64,000 nucleotides of DNA, from NCBI GenBank assembly GCA_025774805.1, contig JALGZR010000019.1:3387-67386 (forward strand), given 5' to 3'. The notes beneath the pieces were generated by a model. That model had not been told where the DNA came from. It ran no database searches and was given only the letters and a program-made list of their open reading frames with translations. Origin of the DNA: a bacterium. Lineage in GTDB: Bacteria > ARS69. Positions 8,332 through 16,459 of the stretch are shown here, in pieces. How positions within the stretch are numbered: position 1 is the first letter of the stretch; every line of letters begins with the position of its first letter. Both the position numbers and the translations under genes were made by a program.

Positions 8332-10155
8332 CTACTCGGTCGAGACCGGTAGGACGATACGAAACTTGCTGCCGGTACCCTCTCGGCTCTGCACTTCCAC
8401 GCGACCTTCGTGCCGCTCTACGATCGTGCGCACCGCCGCCAGACCGAGGCCGTATCCCTCTTCTCCCTTACTCGAAACGAACGGTTCGAAGATGTCTCCG
8501 AGTCGGTCTTCCGGGATTCCGCAGCCCGTGTCGGACACGGTGATTTGCACCGTATCCTCGTCGTCGTCGGCGGCCGTCCGGATGGAGATCTCGCCGCGGG
8601 ATTTCATCGCGTCTCTGGCGTTGATCACGAGGTTCAGCAAAGCCTGGTGGATCTTGTGGGGATCGGCATGAATGTCCGGCAGGTCATCTTGGAGATCGAC
8701 GTCGAATTCGATGTTGTGAAACGAGGCCTGACGCTCCACCATGGTCAACATGTGCGAGATGACGTCGTTGATGTGGATCCACTGCCGGTCCAGCCTTTTT
8801 GGGCGCGAGAACTCCAGCAGATCCCCGACGATACGCCGACAGCGCAGTGTTTCGTTAACGATGACCTCGTAGTCCTTGCGAACGGGGTCGTCGGCGTCGG
8901 CCTCCAACAGCAGATCCTCGGCAAACGTGAGGACCCCGCTAAGAGGGTTGTTCAGCTGGTGGGCGACGCCGGCGGCGAGCCGGCCGACGGCCGCGAGCTG
9001 TTCGGTCCGCACGAGCTCGCGCTGAAGCTGCCGCCGCCGGGTTTGGTCCTGGCTGACGCAACAGATGCCCACGACGTCTCCCTTGTAGTCTCTGAGAGGA
9101 AGCCGCTCCGACGCCAAGATCCGCTCCTTCCCCCGGATCTTGAGCACCTCCTCGCTGACATGACGGCCGCCGGTGGCGAGCGTCTCTTGGTCTAGCTTTT
9201 GGATGAGGTCGGCCGTCTCCTTGTCGAACACGTCGGCGGCAGTCTTGCCGATCATTTCGTCGCGGCTCATGCCGACCACTTCCTCGGTCCAGGGATTGAC
9301 GACCAGGTAGCGGCCCTCAAGGTCCTTGATGGTGATGACGCCGTGCACCGCGTTGATGATTTGCTGGAAGCGCCGAGCGGACTCCTCGGTCTCTCGCTTC
9401 AGCGTGACCTGCTCGGTGATTTCGCGAGCGGTCTCGACGACCCGCGTGATCTTCCGATGCTCGTTGAACAGAGGGATCGCCGTGATCTGGAAGTGCCCTT
9501 CTTTGCCGGACGAGGCCAGCGCGCTCCGGATCACAGTGACCGGCTGTCCGAAGGTGGTGACCTCGTCGAGGAGTTCGGTGAGATTCGCCGACCAGTCCGC
9601 AGCGTCTTCCCGGGTGAAAACATCGCGGATCGACAGACCACGCACCTTGTCGCGCGTCTTCCCGGCAATGCGCACGAACCCCTCGTTGACACGAACGATG
9701 CGCATCTCCTGGTCGAGCACGACGACCACGTCCGGAATGGCGTCCAAGATGTCCTGGAGCAGGGCGCGATCGCGGTCGACCTTGGATTGCAGCTCGGTCT
9801 TCTCGTGGAGCTCCCCCAACAGGTTCTCTGCCACGTCCCCCAGATCCCAAAACACCCGGGCCACGAAGTGGTCCATAACCCTGACACCGGGCGGAACGTG
9901 CCGGTGAATCCGATCCAGCACCTCGTCCGAACCGGTCAGCTCGATGACCAGTTCGAGGCCGGGAAGAGCCAACGCATGCTTCACGGAGCCCAGCGTTTTC
10001 CAGCCACGATCTCGGGCGAAACGCATGCCAGGCGCGTCTGGATCGATGTCGACCACCGCGAGGATGTGAGGGTCGAGGAATCGCAGCTTCCCTTGCTCGA
10101 AAAGCTCGAGGAAAGCGCGGCAGCCTGGCCCGGCACCGATGACCGCGGTCTTCAT
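8332..10155 (-). CDS. Cytoplasmic sensor histidine kinase: Rossmann-like N-domain, two PAS domains, DHp, HATPase
   Basis: N-terminus MKTAVIGAGPGCRAF (GxGxxG-like). PAS-like segments. H-box AAGVAHQLNNPL. NLVINARDA, DTGCGI, GYGLGL. Confidence 0.85.
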   Translation of the reverse strand: MKTAVIGAGPGCRAFLELFEQGKLRFLDPHILAVVDIDPDAPGMRFARDRGWKTLGSVKHALALPGLELVIELTGSDEVLDRIHRHVPPGVRVMDHFVARVFWDLGDVAENLLGELHEKTELQSKVDRDRALLQDILDAIPDVVVVLDQEMRIVRVNEGFVRIAGKTRDKVRGLSIRDVFTREDAADWSANLTELLDEVTTFGQPVTVIRSALASSGKEGHFQITAIPLFNEHRKITRVVETAREITEQVTLKRETEESARRFQQIINAVHGVITIKDLEGRYLVVNPWTEEVVGMSRDEMIGKTAADVFDKETADLIQKLDQETLATGGRHVSEEVLKIRGKERILASERLPLRDYKGDVVGICCVSQDQTRRRQLQRELVRTEQLAAVGRLAAGVAHQLNNPLSGVLTFAEDLLLEADADDPVRKDYEVIVNETLRCRRIVGDLLEFSRPKRLDRQWIHINDVISHMLTMVERQASFHNIEFDVDLQDDLPDIHADPHKIHQALLNLVINARDAMKSRGEISIRTAADDDEDTVQITVSDTGCGIPEDRLGDIFEPFVSSKGEEGYGLGLAAVRTIVERHEGRVEVQSREGTGSKFRIVLPVSTE

Positions 10156-10538
10156 GACGGTGAGTTCCCCGTGGGCGAGTCCGCCGCTATTTTACGGCGC
10201 TCGACATCCAGTGGTCCAGCCAAAGCCCCGGTGACACGACCCTCTCCGCACGCTGACTCGCTTTTCTGTGAGGACACGACCACGAAGCGGGCCGAAGCGT
10301 TTCAGCAAAGGGCCGAGAGGATGGGTGTCAAGGTCATTGCAACGTACGCCCTGGGGTCGATTGTCCTCCTTTTCGGGAAGCGTCTGCGCGACGCCAGGGG
10401 AAGCACGTCCCCGAGCCCACGTGACCGGCGCGGGTCCTCCGATCGCACGGCTCCTGCCCGGGCGCCAAAGGCCTACGACCGCGCAGTCTTCTGGGTTATG
10501 CTGTCTGGAACCGCATGTGCCGCCACCGGAGGCCTCCC

Positions 10539-10883
10539 GTGACTGATCTCCGAGTCCTCACCCAGCGGATCGTCGCTTTCCGCGAGGCCCGCGACTGGGC
10601 TCAGTTCCATACCCCCCGCAACCTCGCCGCTTCCCTGTCCATCGAAGCCGCCGAACTCCTGGAGGTTTTCCAGTGGGACCTGGATGACGGCAGGACGCTC
10701 GATCCCGACCGGCGCGAGCGCATCGCCGAGGAGCTGGCCGACATTGGCATCTACGCCCTCCTACTCGCTCACGAGGCCGGTTTCGATCTGGTCCGTGCCA
10801 TGACAGACAAGATCGAAGAGAACGAACGGAAGTACCCGGTCGATAAGGCCAGGGGCCGCTCCACCAAATACACTGAGTTCTAG
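10539..10883 (+). CDS. MazG-like nucleotide pyrophosphohydrolase
   Basis: FREARDWAQFHTPRNLAASLSIEAAELLEVFQW..EELADIGIYALLLA..KIEENERKYP. GTG 10539 has RBS GGAGG; ATG 10515 is an alternative start. Confidence 0.8.
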   Translation: MTDLRVLTQRIVAFREARDWAQFHTPRNLAASLSIEAAELLEVFQWDLDDGRTLDPDRRERIAEELADIGIYALLLAHEAGFDLVRAMTDKIEENERKYPVDKARGRSTKYTEF

Positions 10884-11078
10884 CCTTGATCTTCCGGAAA
10901 ATCTCGGCGGAAACCGCTGACGCTCGCACGATAGCACGTCATCCGCGACCGTGCTCGCCCTCGCCAATCCTCACTTATCGTGAGATAAGCTCCGGTTGGC
11001 TCGGGCGGTTTGCTTTGCGGCCCCGGCTGACGCACTCTCGCGCGTTTCCACGCAAGGTTTTCTGGAAGATCAAGGCTA
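10881..11078. mobile_element. Family-3 palindromic miniature element (single copy in the window)
   Basis: 23-bp terminal inverted repeats TAGCCTTGATCTTCCGGAAAATC ... GGTTTTCTGGAAGATCAAGGCTA (2 mismatches). Its first TAG is the stop codon of the MazG-like gene. Confidence 0.55.
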
Positions 11079-11377
11079 GGACGCGGTGCAGCTCCGGGCT
11101 GGACCCGCCCGCCACTTCATCCAGGACGCGATCCATAATGCCATCACCGGCAAGTTGGCAGATGAGTCAGATTCTGCAGACCGCGGCTCCCCGCGAGATC
11201 GGTCATCGAGTCCGGGGTCCGGCGACTCCGCGAGGCGGTCACGACCCCGCGACTCGCGTCCGGGGCTGGGCGGGGAATCCGGATCCGGTACTATACTCCA
11301 AGGCGTCGACCAGGCGCGAGCTGTGGCCGCCCGGGTACGCGGCCATCGCCGGCAAGCTGCTCCACGGCGAGTTTGAC

Positions 11378-11503
11378 ATGACGACGCTCTACTGTCTGAC
11401 CGGTGCCGCGGTGCTCTTCGTCCTGCTCTCGCTGATCCCGGAATGGATCGAGAAGCGGTACGGCGACAGCGACGTTCTCGCCGGCAACAGGAGAGGCGCG
11501 TGA
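11378..11503 (+). CDS. Possible 41-aa single-TM micro-protein
   Basis: MTTLYCLTGAAVLFVLLSLIPEWIEKRYG... Its stop overlaps the next start (TGATG). No homology recognised. Confidence 0.3.
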   Translation: MTTLYCLTGAAVLFVLLSLIPEWIEKRYGDSDVLAGNRRGA

Positions 11504-12411
11504 TGGCAGAGACGGTGGTTTTTGCCATTCTGACGGCGTGGATCTGGGTGGCCCTGGGCGTGATGGTGGTCGGCTGTGCCTGGCGGGCGATGAGTTGGGC
11601 GCGGGCTCCCGAGCACCTGCGCTGGGACCTCTACCCGGTGGCCCATGAGCCGGGCCGGGCCCATGGAGGTTCCCACCTGGAGCACAAGGACTGGTGGACC
11701 CGGCCCCGACGAAAAAGCCACCTTGGCGAGATCTCCTTCATGGCACTGGAGATCCTGCTTCTCAAGGGTGTCTGGGAGAACAACCGGAAGATCTGGTGGG
11801 GCTCGCTTCCATTCCACTGGGGTCTCTACGCGCTGGTGCTCACCACCCTGGGCGTCTTTCTCGCGGCCACCGGTCTCGTGCCCGGTCCCTGGCCGACCGT
11901 GCTGGCGGTGGCCGGCACGCTGGGTGGCAGCGCCACCGCCGCCGGCGCGCTGATCCTGCTCATGCTCCGCTCGACGGACCCGCGTTTGCGCCCGTGCACC
12001 GCGCCGGTGGACCGGCTCAATCTCACCCTGCTCATCCTCGTCGGGGGACTGAGCGCCGCGGTGGCAGCGGGCCCCGGGGGCATGCAAACGGTCACCATGG
12101 CTGTGGCGCAGATCGCCCGGCTGGACCCGCCCCGGGTCTCCGCCCTGATCGGTCTGCAGATGGCCACGGCCGCGCTGTTCCTTCTCTATCTGCCGTTCAC
12201 GCGGATGGTTCACTTCTTCGCAAAATACTTCACCTATCACAAGGTGCGCTGGGATGACCGTGAAGTCCTGCCGGGAAGCTCCCTGGAGAGACGTCTCCGC
12301 GCCTCTCTGGACTTTGGCGTGACTTGGTCTGCGGAGCATGTCCGGACGGGGGAAACCTGGCTCGAGGTGGCAACGACGCTTCCCAAAGAGTCCGCGAAGA
12401 ACGGAGACTGA
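11503..12411 (+). CDS. NarI/HdrE/DsrM-like heme-b membrane subunit (second MK-type module)
   Basis: Hydrophobic helices. C-terminal LYLPFTRMVHFFAKYF resembles DsrM FIYFPFSKLVHMGGVF at 25187-26179. RBS GGAGAGG before ATG 11503. Confidence 0.75.
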   Translation: MAETVVFAILTAWIWVALGVMVVGCAWRAMSWARAPEHLRWDLYPVAHEPGRAHGGSHLEHKDWWTRPRRKSHLGEISFMALEILLLKGVWENNRKIWWGSLPFHWGLYALVLTTLGVFLAATGLVPGPWPTVLAVAGTLGGSATAAGALILLMLRSTDPRLRPCTAPVDRLNLTLLILVGGLSAAVAAGPGGMQTVTMAVAQIARLDPPRVSALIGLQMATAALFLLYLPFTRMVHFFAKYFTYHKVRWDDREVLPGSSLERRLRASLDFGVTWSAEHVRTGETWLEVATTLPKESAKNGD

Positions 12412-12413
12412 GC

Positions 12414-14024
12414 GTGCCTCTCCCGCACCTGAAGAGCCCCGAGGACGTCGAGCGCTTTCTCGACGAGAACGAGGGGCTGGACGTCAAGAATCTGGTCCCT
12501 TTGCCCCACCCTTACGAGGACTGGGAGGATGAGCCGATCCCTGCGCTGACCGAGGAGCAGCGCGGTCGCTACGAGGTGGGGCCGGACGGGATCAGTGCCA
12601 CGCGGACGCCCGTCCCGGAGACCGAGGAGGAACGGGAGGAGAAGGTCGCCGGGTTCCTCGAAGGGCTGGGCAAGCTCCTGACGAAGGAGAACAACTGGAC
12701 GTTTCTCCAGCCGTTGCTGCTCTCCCTCGACAACTGCGTCAAGTGTCAAACCTGCTCCGAATCTTGCCCCATCTACACGGCGTCGGGAAGGCCGGAGCAA
12801 TACCGGCCGACGTTCCGGGCGGAGGTGCTCCGGAAGATCATCAGTCGCTACCTCAAGCCAGGTGGGAACCTCTTCCCGAAGCTACGGGGCAACGATGTCG
12901 AGCTGAACTGGGAAGCGGTCATCCAACTTGCCGAGCTGTCCTACCGTTGCACCCTCTGCCGGCGCTGTGCCCAGGCTTGTCCCGTGGGCGTGGACAATGC
13001 CCTGATCACTCGGGAGATCCGAAAGCTCTTCAGCCAGGAGCTGGGCATCCACATGCCGGAGCTACACGACGTCGGGACGGTGAAGCAGCTCGCCACGGGC
13101 TCGTCCACCGGTCTCAACCCCGCCGGGGTCCGGGACATCGCCGAGTTCACCGAGGAGGACATCCGCGAGAAGACGGGGCTGGACATCAGAATCCCGTTCG
13201 ACGTCGAGGGGGCCGACTATTTGGTGATGCACAACGCGGGGGAGTTCCTCTCCTGGCCGGAGAATCTCCAGGCGTTCACCATCATCCTCACGGTCGCTGG
13301 CGTGAACTGGACCATGGCCTCCGACAAGATTGGTTACGACTCAGTCAATTACGGTCTGTTCTACGACGACGTCCAGCTCTCCAGAATTGCCCTCAGGCAC
13401 TACGAGGTGGCGAAGAAGCTGAAGGCCAAGAGGTTTCTGATGGGGGAGTGCGGGCACGCTCACAAGGCGACCATGCCCATCGCCGGCCGCGTCCTCCCGA
13501 AGGAGCTCCAGGTGCCGGGCGAGAGCGCTCTGGTCCTGCTGGAGGATCTAGTGATGAACGACCGGATCAGACTCGATCCGTCACGCAACGACTTTCCGGT
13601 GACGCTCCACGATCCCTGCAACATCACGCGCTCCATGGGCATCGTCCAGCCGCAGCGCAACATCCTGAAGAAGATCTGTCCCCAGTTTCGCGAGATGGAG
13701 CCGCACGGTGTCAATAACCTCTGCTGTGGCGGCGGCTCGGGCTTCGCGGTAGGCCAAGGCCTGAACTTCCCCGCGTGGCGAACGCGCGTTTCGGGCCGGC
13801 TCAAGTTCTGTCAGATTCTCGAGGCCTTCTCCGCCAGCATTGAACCGGAGACGAAGAAGTACGTCTGCGCTCCCTGTTCCAATTGCAAGGGACAGTTGCG
13901 GGACATCCTCACCTACTACCAGGGATGGGATCGGTGCGGCATCTTGTATGGGGGGTTGGTCGAGCTCATTGTCAATGCAATGGTCGATGTTCCGGAGGGT
14001 TTCCTGGAGTGGGAGTTCCATTGA
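12414..14024 (+). CDS. HdrD/DsrK-like iron-sulfur (CCG-domain) subunit
   Basis: CVKCQTCSESCP, CTLCRRCAQACP, HDPCN and NLCCGGGSGF motifs. GTG 12414 lies 3 nt after the upstream stop. Confidence 0.8.
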   Translation: MPLPHLKSPEDVERFLDENEGLDVKNLVPLPHPYEDWEDEPIPALTEEQRGRYEVGPDGISATRTPVPETEEEREEKVAGFLEGLGKLLTKENNWTFLQPLLLSLDNCVKCQTCSESCPIYTASGRPEQYRPTFRAEVLRKIISRYLKPGGNLFPKLRGNDVELNWEAVIQLAELSYRCTLCRRCAQACPVGVDNALITREIRKLFSQELGIHMPELHDVGTVKQLATGSSTGLNPAGVRDIAEFTEEDIREKTGLDIRIPFDVEGADYLVMHNAGEFLSWPENLQAFTIILTVAGVNWTMASDKIGYDSVNYGLFYDDVQLSRIALRHYEVAKKLKAKRFLMGECGHAHKATMPIAGRVLPKELQVPGESALVLLEDLVMNDRIRLDPSRNDFPVTLHDPCNITRSMGIVQPQRNILKKICPQFREMEPHGVNNLCCGGGSGFAVGQGLNFPAWRTRVSGRLKFCQILEAFSASIEPETKKYVCAPCSNCKGQLRDILTYYQGWDRCGILYGGLVELIVNAMVDVPEGFLEWEFH

Positions 14025-14092
14025 CGGACGGAGCCTCTCGCATGGCCTGCGGCTGATCGAGCCGCGCACGGCCGAAGACACAGCGGAAGAGG

Positions 14093-14110
14093 CGTTACGA
14101 GAAGGAAATG
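14093..14110 (+). promoter_or_regulatory. Candidate enhancer (UAS) half-palindrome CGTTAC-N6-GAAATG
   Basis: Shares GTTACG(A)GAAGG(G)AAA with the site at 16208-16225. Lies 108 nt upstream of the -24 element at 14201. Confidence 0.35.
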
Positions 14111-14200
14111 CCCGGCCTCCGGCGCGCTCCTGCCGTTTCCGACGAACCACGAATCGAGAGGGTCTGTGGCACATTTCGCCGGGTGAACGGCTTCCCTCTC

Positions 14201-14216
14201 TGGCACGAGCGCTGCA
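14201..14216 (+). promoter_or_regulatory. Sigma54-type promoter (-24/-12): TGGCAC-GAGCG-CTGCA
   Basis: Matches TGGCAC-N5-TTGCW at 10 of 11 specified positions. Correct orientation, about 80 nt upstream of ATG 14297. Confidence 0.65.
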
Positions 14217-14296
14217 ATTCCTGTAATCGGTTCAGTCTGTCGTCGTGCTGGATGTTGTCACGCCATGAAGCCTGCTGAGATGGCAAGGAGGAGGCA

Positions 14297-15973
14297 ATGG
14301 CCGGCCCCGAGAAGAAGCGCAGCCCGCTGATCGCGCTGGAGGACTGGTGGACCGTCTGGTTCGGTCTCGTCATCATCCTCGTCGCGACCGCACTGTCGCT
14401 CGCGACCTACTCCGGGAGCCTCACGCAGCTGAAGGTGCCCAAGCTGGGCGGTTGGGTTTCCAGCCCGATCGACGCCTTCTACGGAGCGAAGGAGACCAAG
14501 CTGACTCTGAAGGAGGACGTGACTCCGGCCACTCTCGCCGAGGCGATCAACGCCAAGAAGCCGAAGGCGACGGCCGAGGTCGTCCCCGCCGAGGGGGGCG
14601 TCCGGCTGAGGATCTCCTCCGATCGGGACAGGGCGGGCCAGGTGATCAAGGTCTCTCCCAACCTGATGGGAGGGGAGGAGCTCACGTTCACGAAAGAGGA
14701 CCCGGATCCGGACGGCATGGGGGCGAAGGCCTACGTCTCCCAGGTGTTCCCCTCCGACTCCGTCAATCTGGGCAGCGGCCTCTTCACCGTCAGCGCTCAG
14801 CGGACCGGCGTGCTGATCTTGCCCTGGATCGTGGCTTTCGCCCTGGTCGGGATCCTCACGGCCATCGGCGTGTCGGTGATGGGGCAGAGCCCCGGGAAGT
14901 ACTTCCTGGCCTTCGTCGTCATCCTGTTGCTGGCGGTGATCTCCTACACCGTCGCGAATCAGGTGCAGATCAAGGGTTGGGGGCTGAGCTACGCCATGTG
15001 GGCTCTGCTGATCGGTCTCCTGATCTCGAACACGATCGGCACCCCCGAGTGGCTCAAAGCCGGTGTTCGCACCGAGATGTACATCAAGACCGGGCTCGTG
15101 CTGCTGGGCGCCGAGATCCTGTTCGGCAAGATCCTGAGCCTCGGACCCCCGGGGTTGATGGTCGCTTGGATCGTCACGCCGACCGTGATCCTCTTCATGT
15201 GGCTCTTTGGCACCCGCATTCTCAAAATGAAGAGCAAGTGCCTCGTGATCATCATCGCCGCGGCGACCTCGGTCTGCGGCGTCTCGGCCGCCATCGCCGC
15301 GGCGGGGGCCTCACGGGCCAAGAAGGAGGAGCTGACGCTCGGCGTCGGGATGACGCTGTTCTTCACCGTGCTGATGATGATCTTCATGCCGATCGGCATC
15401 AAAGCGGCCGGCATGTCCGACGTGCTGGGGGCGGCCTGGATGGGCGGCACCATCGACGCCACCGGAGCGGTCGTGGCCGCCGGGTCCATGCTCGGTCCGC
15501 GGGCCGAGACGGTCGCCGCAGTGGTGAAGATGATCCAGAACGTGCTCATCGGCATCGTGGGGTTCTTCATCGCGGTCTACTGGGTCATCGTGGTCGACCG
15601 GGTTCCCTCGGGGCCCCGGCCCAACGCGATGGAGATCTGGCACCGGTTCCCGAAGTTCATCATCGGGTTCATCGGCGCCTCGCTCGTCTTCTCCTTCGTT
15701 CTCTCGCCGCTCTTCGGATCGCTGTTTTCGGGAGACGGCCTGAAGCTGGTGGAGAAGGGGGTGATCAAAGCCGTCACGAATCCCCTGCGGGGCTGGTTCT
15801 TCTGCCTCGCCTTCGTCAGCATCGGGCTCGAGTCGAACTTCCGGGAGCTGGCGAAACAGATGGAGGGCGGCAAGCCGATGGTCCTCTACGTCGTCGGGCA
15901 GAGCTTCAACCTGGTTCTGACCCTGTTCATGGCGTGGCTCGCCTTCCTCGTCCTGTTTCCGCACGCGATCTGA
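14297..15973 (+). CDS. YeiH/UPF0324-family membrane transporter (annotated elsewhere as putative sulfate exporter family) with an extra N-terminal soluble insert
   Basis: RBS AAGGAGGAGG. Family-typical ..TGLVLLGAEI..IIIAAATSVCGVSAAIAAAGA... About 120 non-hydrophobic residues lie between TM1 and TM2. Confidence 0.8.
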   Translation: MAGPEKKRSPLIALEDWWTVWFGLVIILVATALSLATYSGSLTQLKVPKLGGWVSSPIDAFYGAKETKLTLKEDVTPATLAEAINAKKPKATAEVVPAEGGVRLRISSDRDRAGQVIKVSPNLMGGEELTFTKEDPDPDGMGAKAYVSQVFPSDSVNLGSGLFTVSAQRTGVLILPWIVAFALVGILTAIGVSVMGQSPGKYFLAFVVILLLAVISYTVANQVQIKGWGLSYAMWALLIGLLISNTIGTPEWLKAGVRTEMYIKTGLVLLGAEILFGKILSLGPPGLMVAWIVTPTVILFMWLFGTRILKMKSKCLVIIIAAATSVCGVSAAIAAAGASRAKKEELTLGVGMTLFFTVLMMIFMPIGIKAAGMSDVLGAAWMGGTIDATGAVVAAGSMLGPRAETVAAVVKMIQNVLIGIVGFFIAVYWVIVVDRVPSGPRPNAMEIWHRFPKFIIGFIGASLVFSFVLSPLFGSLFSGDGLKLVEKGVIKAVTNPLRGWFFCLAFVSIGLESNFRELAKQMEGGKPMVLYVVGQSFNLVLTLFMAWLAFLVLFPHAI

Positions 15974-15986
15974 GGTGGGAACGCGG

Positions 15987-16181
15987 ATGAGGTGGCTCCG
16001 CTTCTGCGGCGGGCTCTTTCTCCTGGGAGGCCTCGTCACCTTGCTGGCGGCGGGTCCCCTCCCCGGGCCGGTGCTCCGCAACAACGCCGATCAGGACATC
16101 GAGGCCACGGCCCTGTTCTACATGGACCTGGACGAGATGCCGGAGCTGGAGTGGCGCCTGGGGGCGATGCGGCAGGAATAG
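15987..16181 (+). CDS. Possible small membrane-anchored protein (64 aa)
   Basis: MRWLRFCGGLFLLGGLVTLLAAG..., an anchor followed by an acidic tail. No recognisable family. Confidence 0.3.
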   Translation: MRWLRFCGGLFLLGGLVTLLAAGPLPGPVLRNNADQDIEATALFYMDLDEMPELEWRLGAMRQE

Positions 16182-16207
16182 GAACGTCGGGAGCGGCCGG
16201 ATCGCGA

Positions 16208-16225
16208 TGTTACGGAAGGGAAACA
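16208..16225 (+). promoter_or_regulatory. Candidate enhancer (UAS) TGTTAC-N6-GAAACA
   Basis: Imperfect inverted repeat, 111 nt upstream of the -24 element at 16319. Related to the sites at 24450 and 14093. Confidence 0.45.
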
Positions 16226-16318
16226 CCGTCCCCACGCGGGCTTTCCCGGACAGCGGCGTCCCCGGGATAAACTGCTGTCAATAGAGAGGTTAGCCTCGAG
16301 TTCCGACAACTCCGGCCG

Positions 16319-16334
16319 TGGCATGAGTGTTGCT
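16319..16334 (+). promoter_or_regulatory. Sigma54-type promoter (-24/-12): TGGCAT-GAGTG-TTGCT
   Basis: GG and GC have the canonical 10-nt separation. 10 of 11 consensus positions match. About 125 nt upstream of the dsrA ATG. Confidence 0.7.
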
Positions 16335-16459
16335 TTGCAACAGTTTACGGATGTCTCGTCCGTGGGTCGGTCCGGGGGCGGAAACCATCCCTCCGCTCCG
16401 GCACGGGGTCGACCGCTCGGCGGTCGGAACGCTGGTCTGGGTGTCGAGAAGGAGTCGTA

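Noticed and set aside
10506-10520. Sigma54-like TGGAAC-CGCAT-GTGC before the MazG-like gene
   Set aside because: The GG/GC spacing is right, but both half-sites are weak. The predicted transcription start would fall on or after the RBS and start codon of the gene.
10886-11377. Upstream part of the 205-aa ORF 10886-11503
   Set aside because: It reads straight through the family-3 palindromic element and is low-complexity. Only the last 41 codons (from ATG 11378) look like a possible micro-protein.
14167-14182. Second TGGCAC hexamer 34 nt upstream of the accepted promoter
   Set aside because: There is no GC element at the -12 position (TGGCAC-ATTTC-GCCGG).
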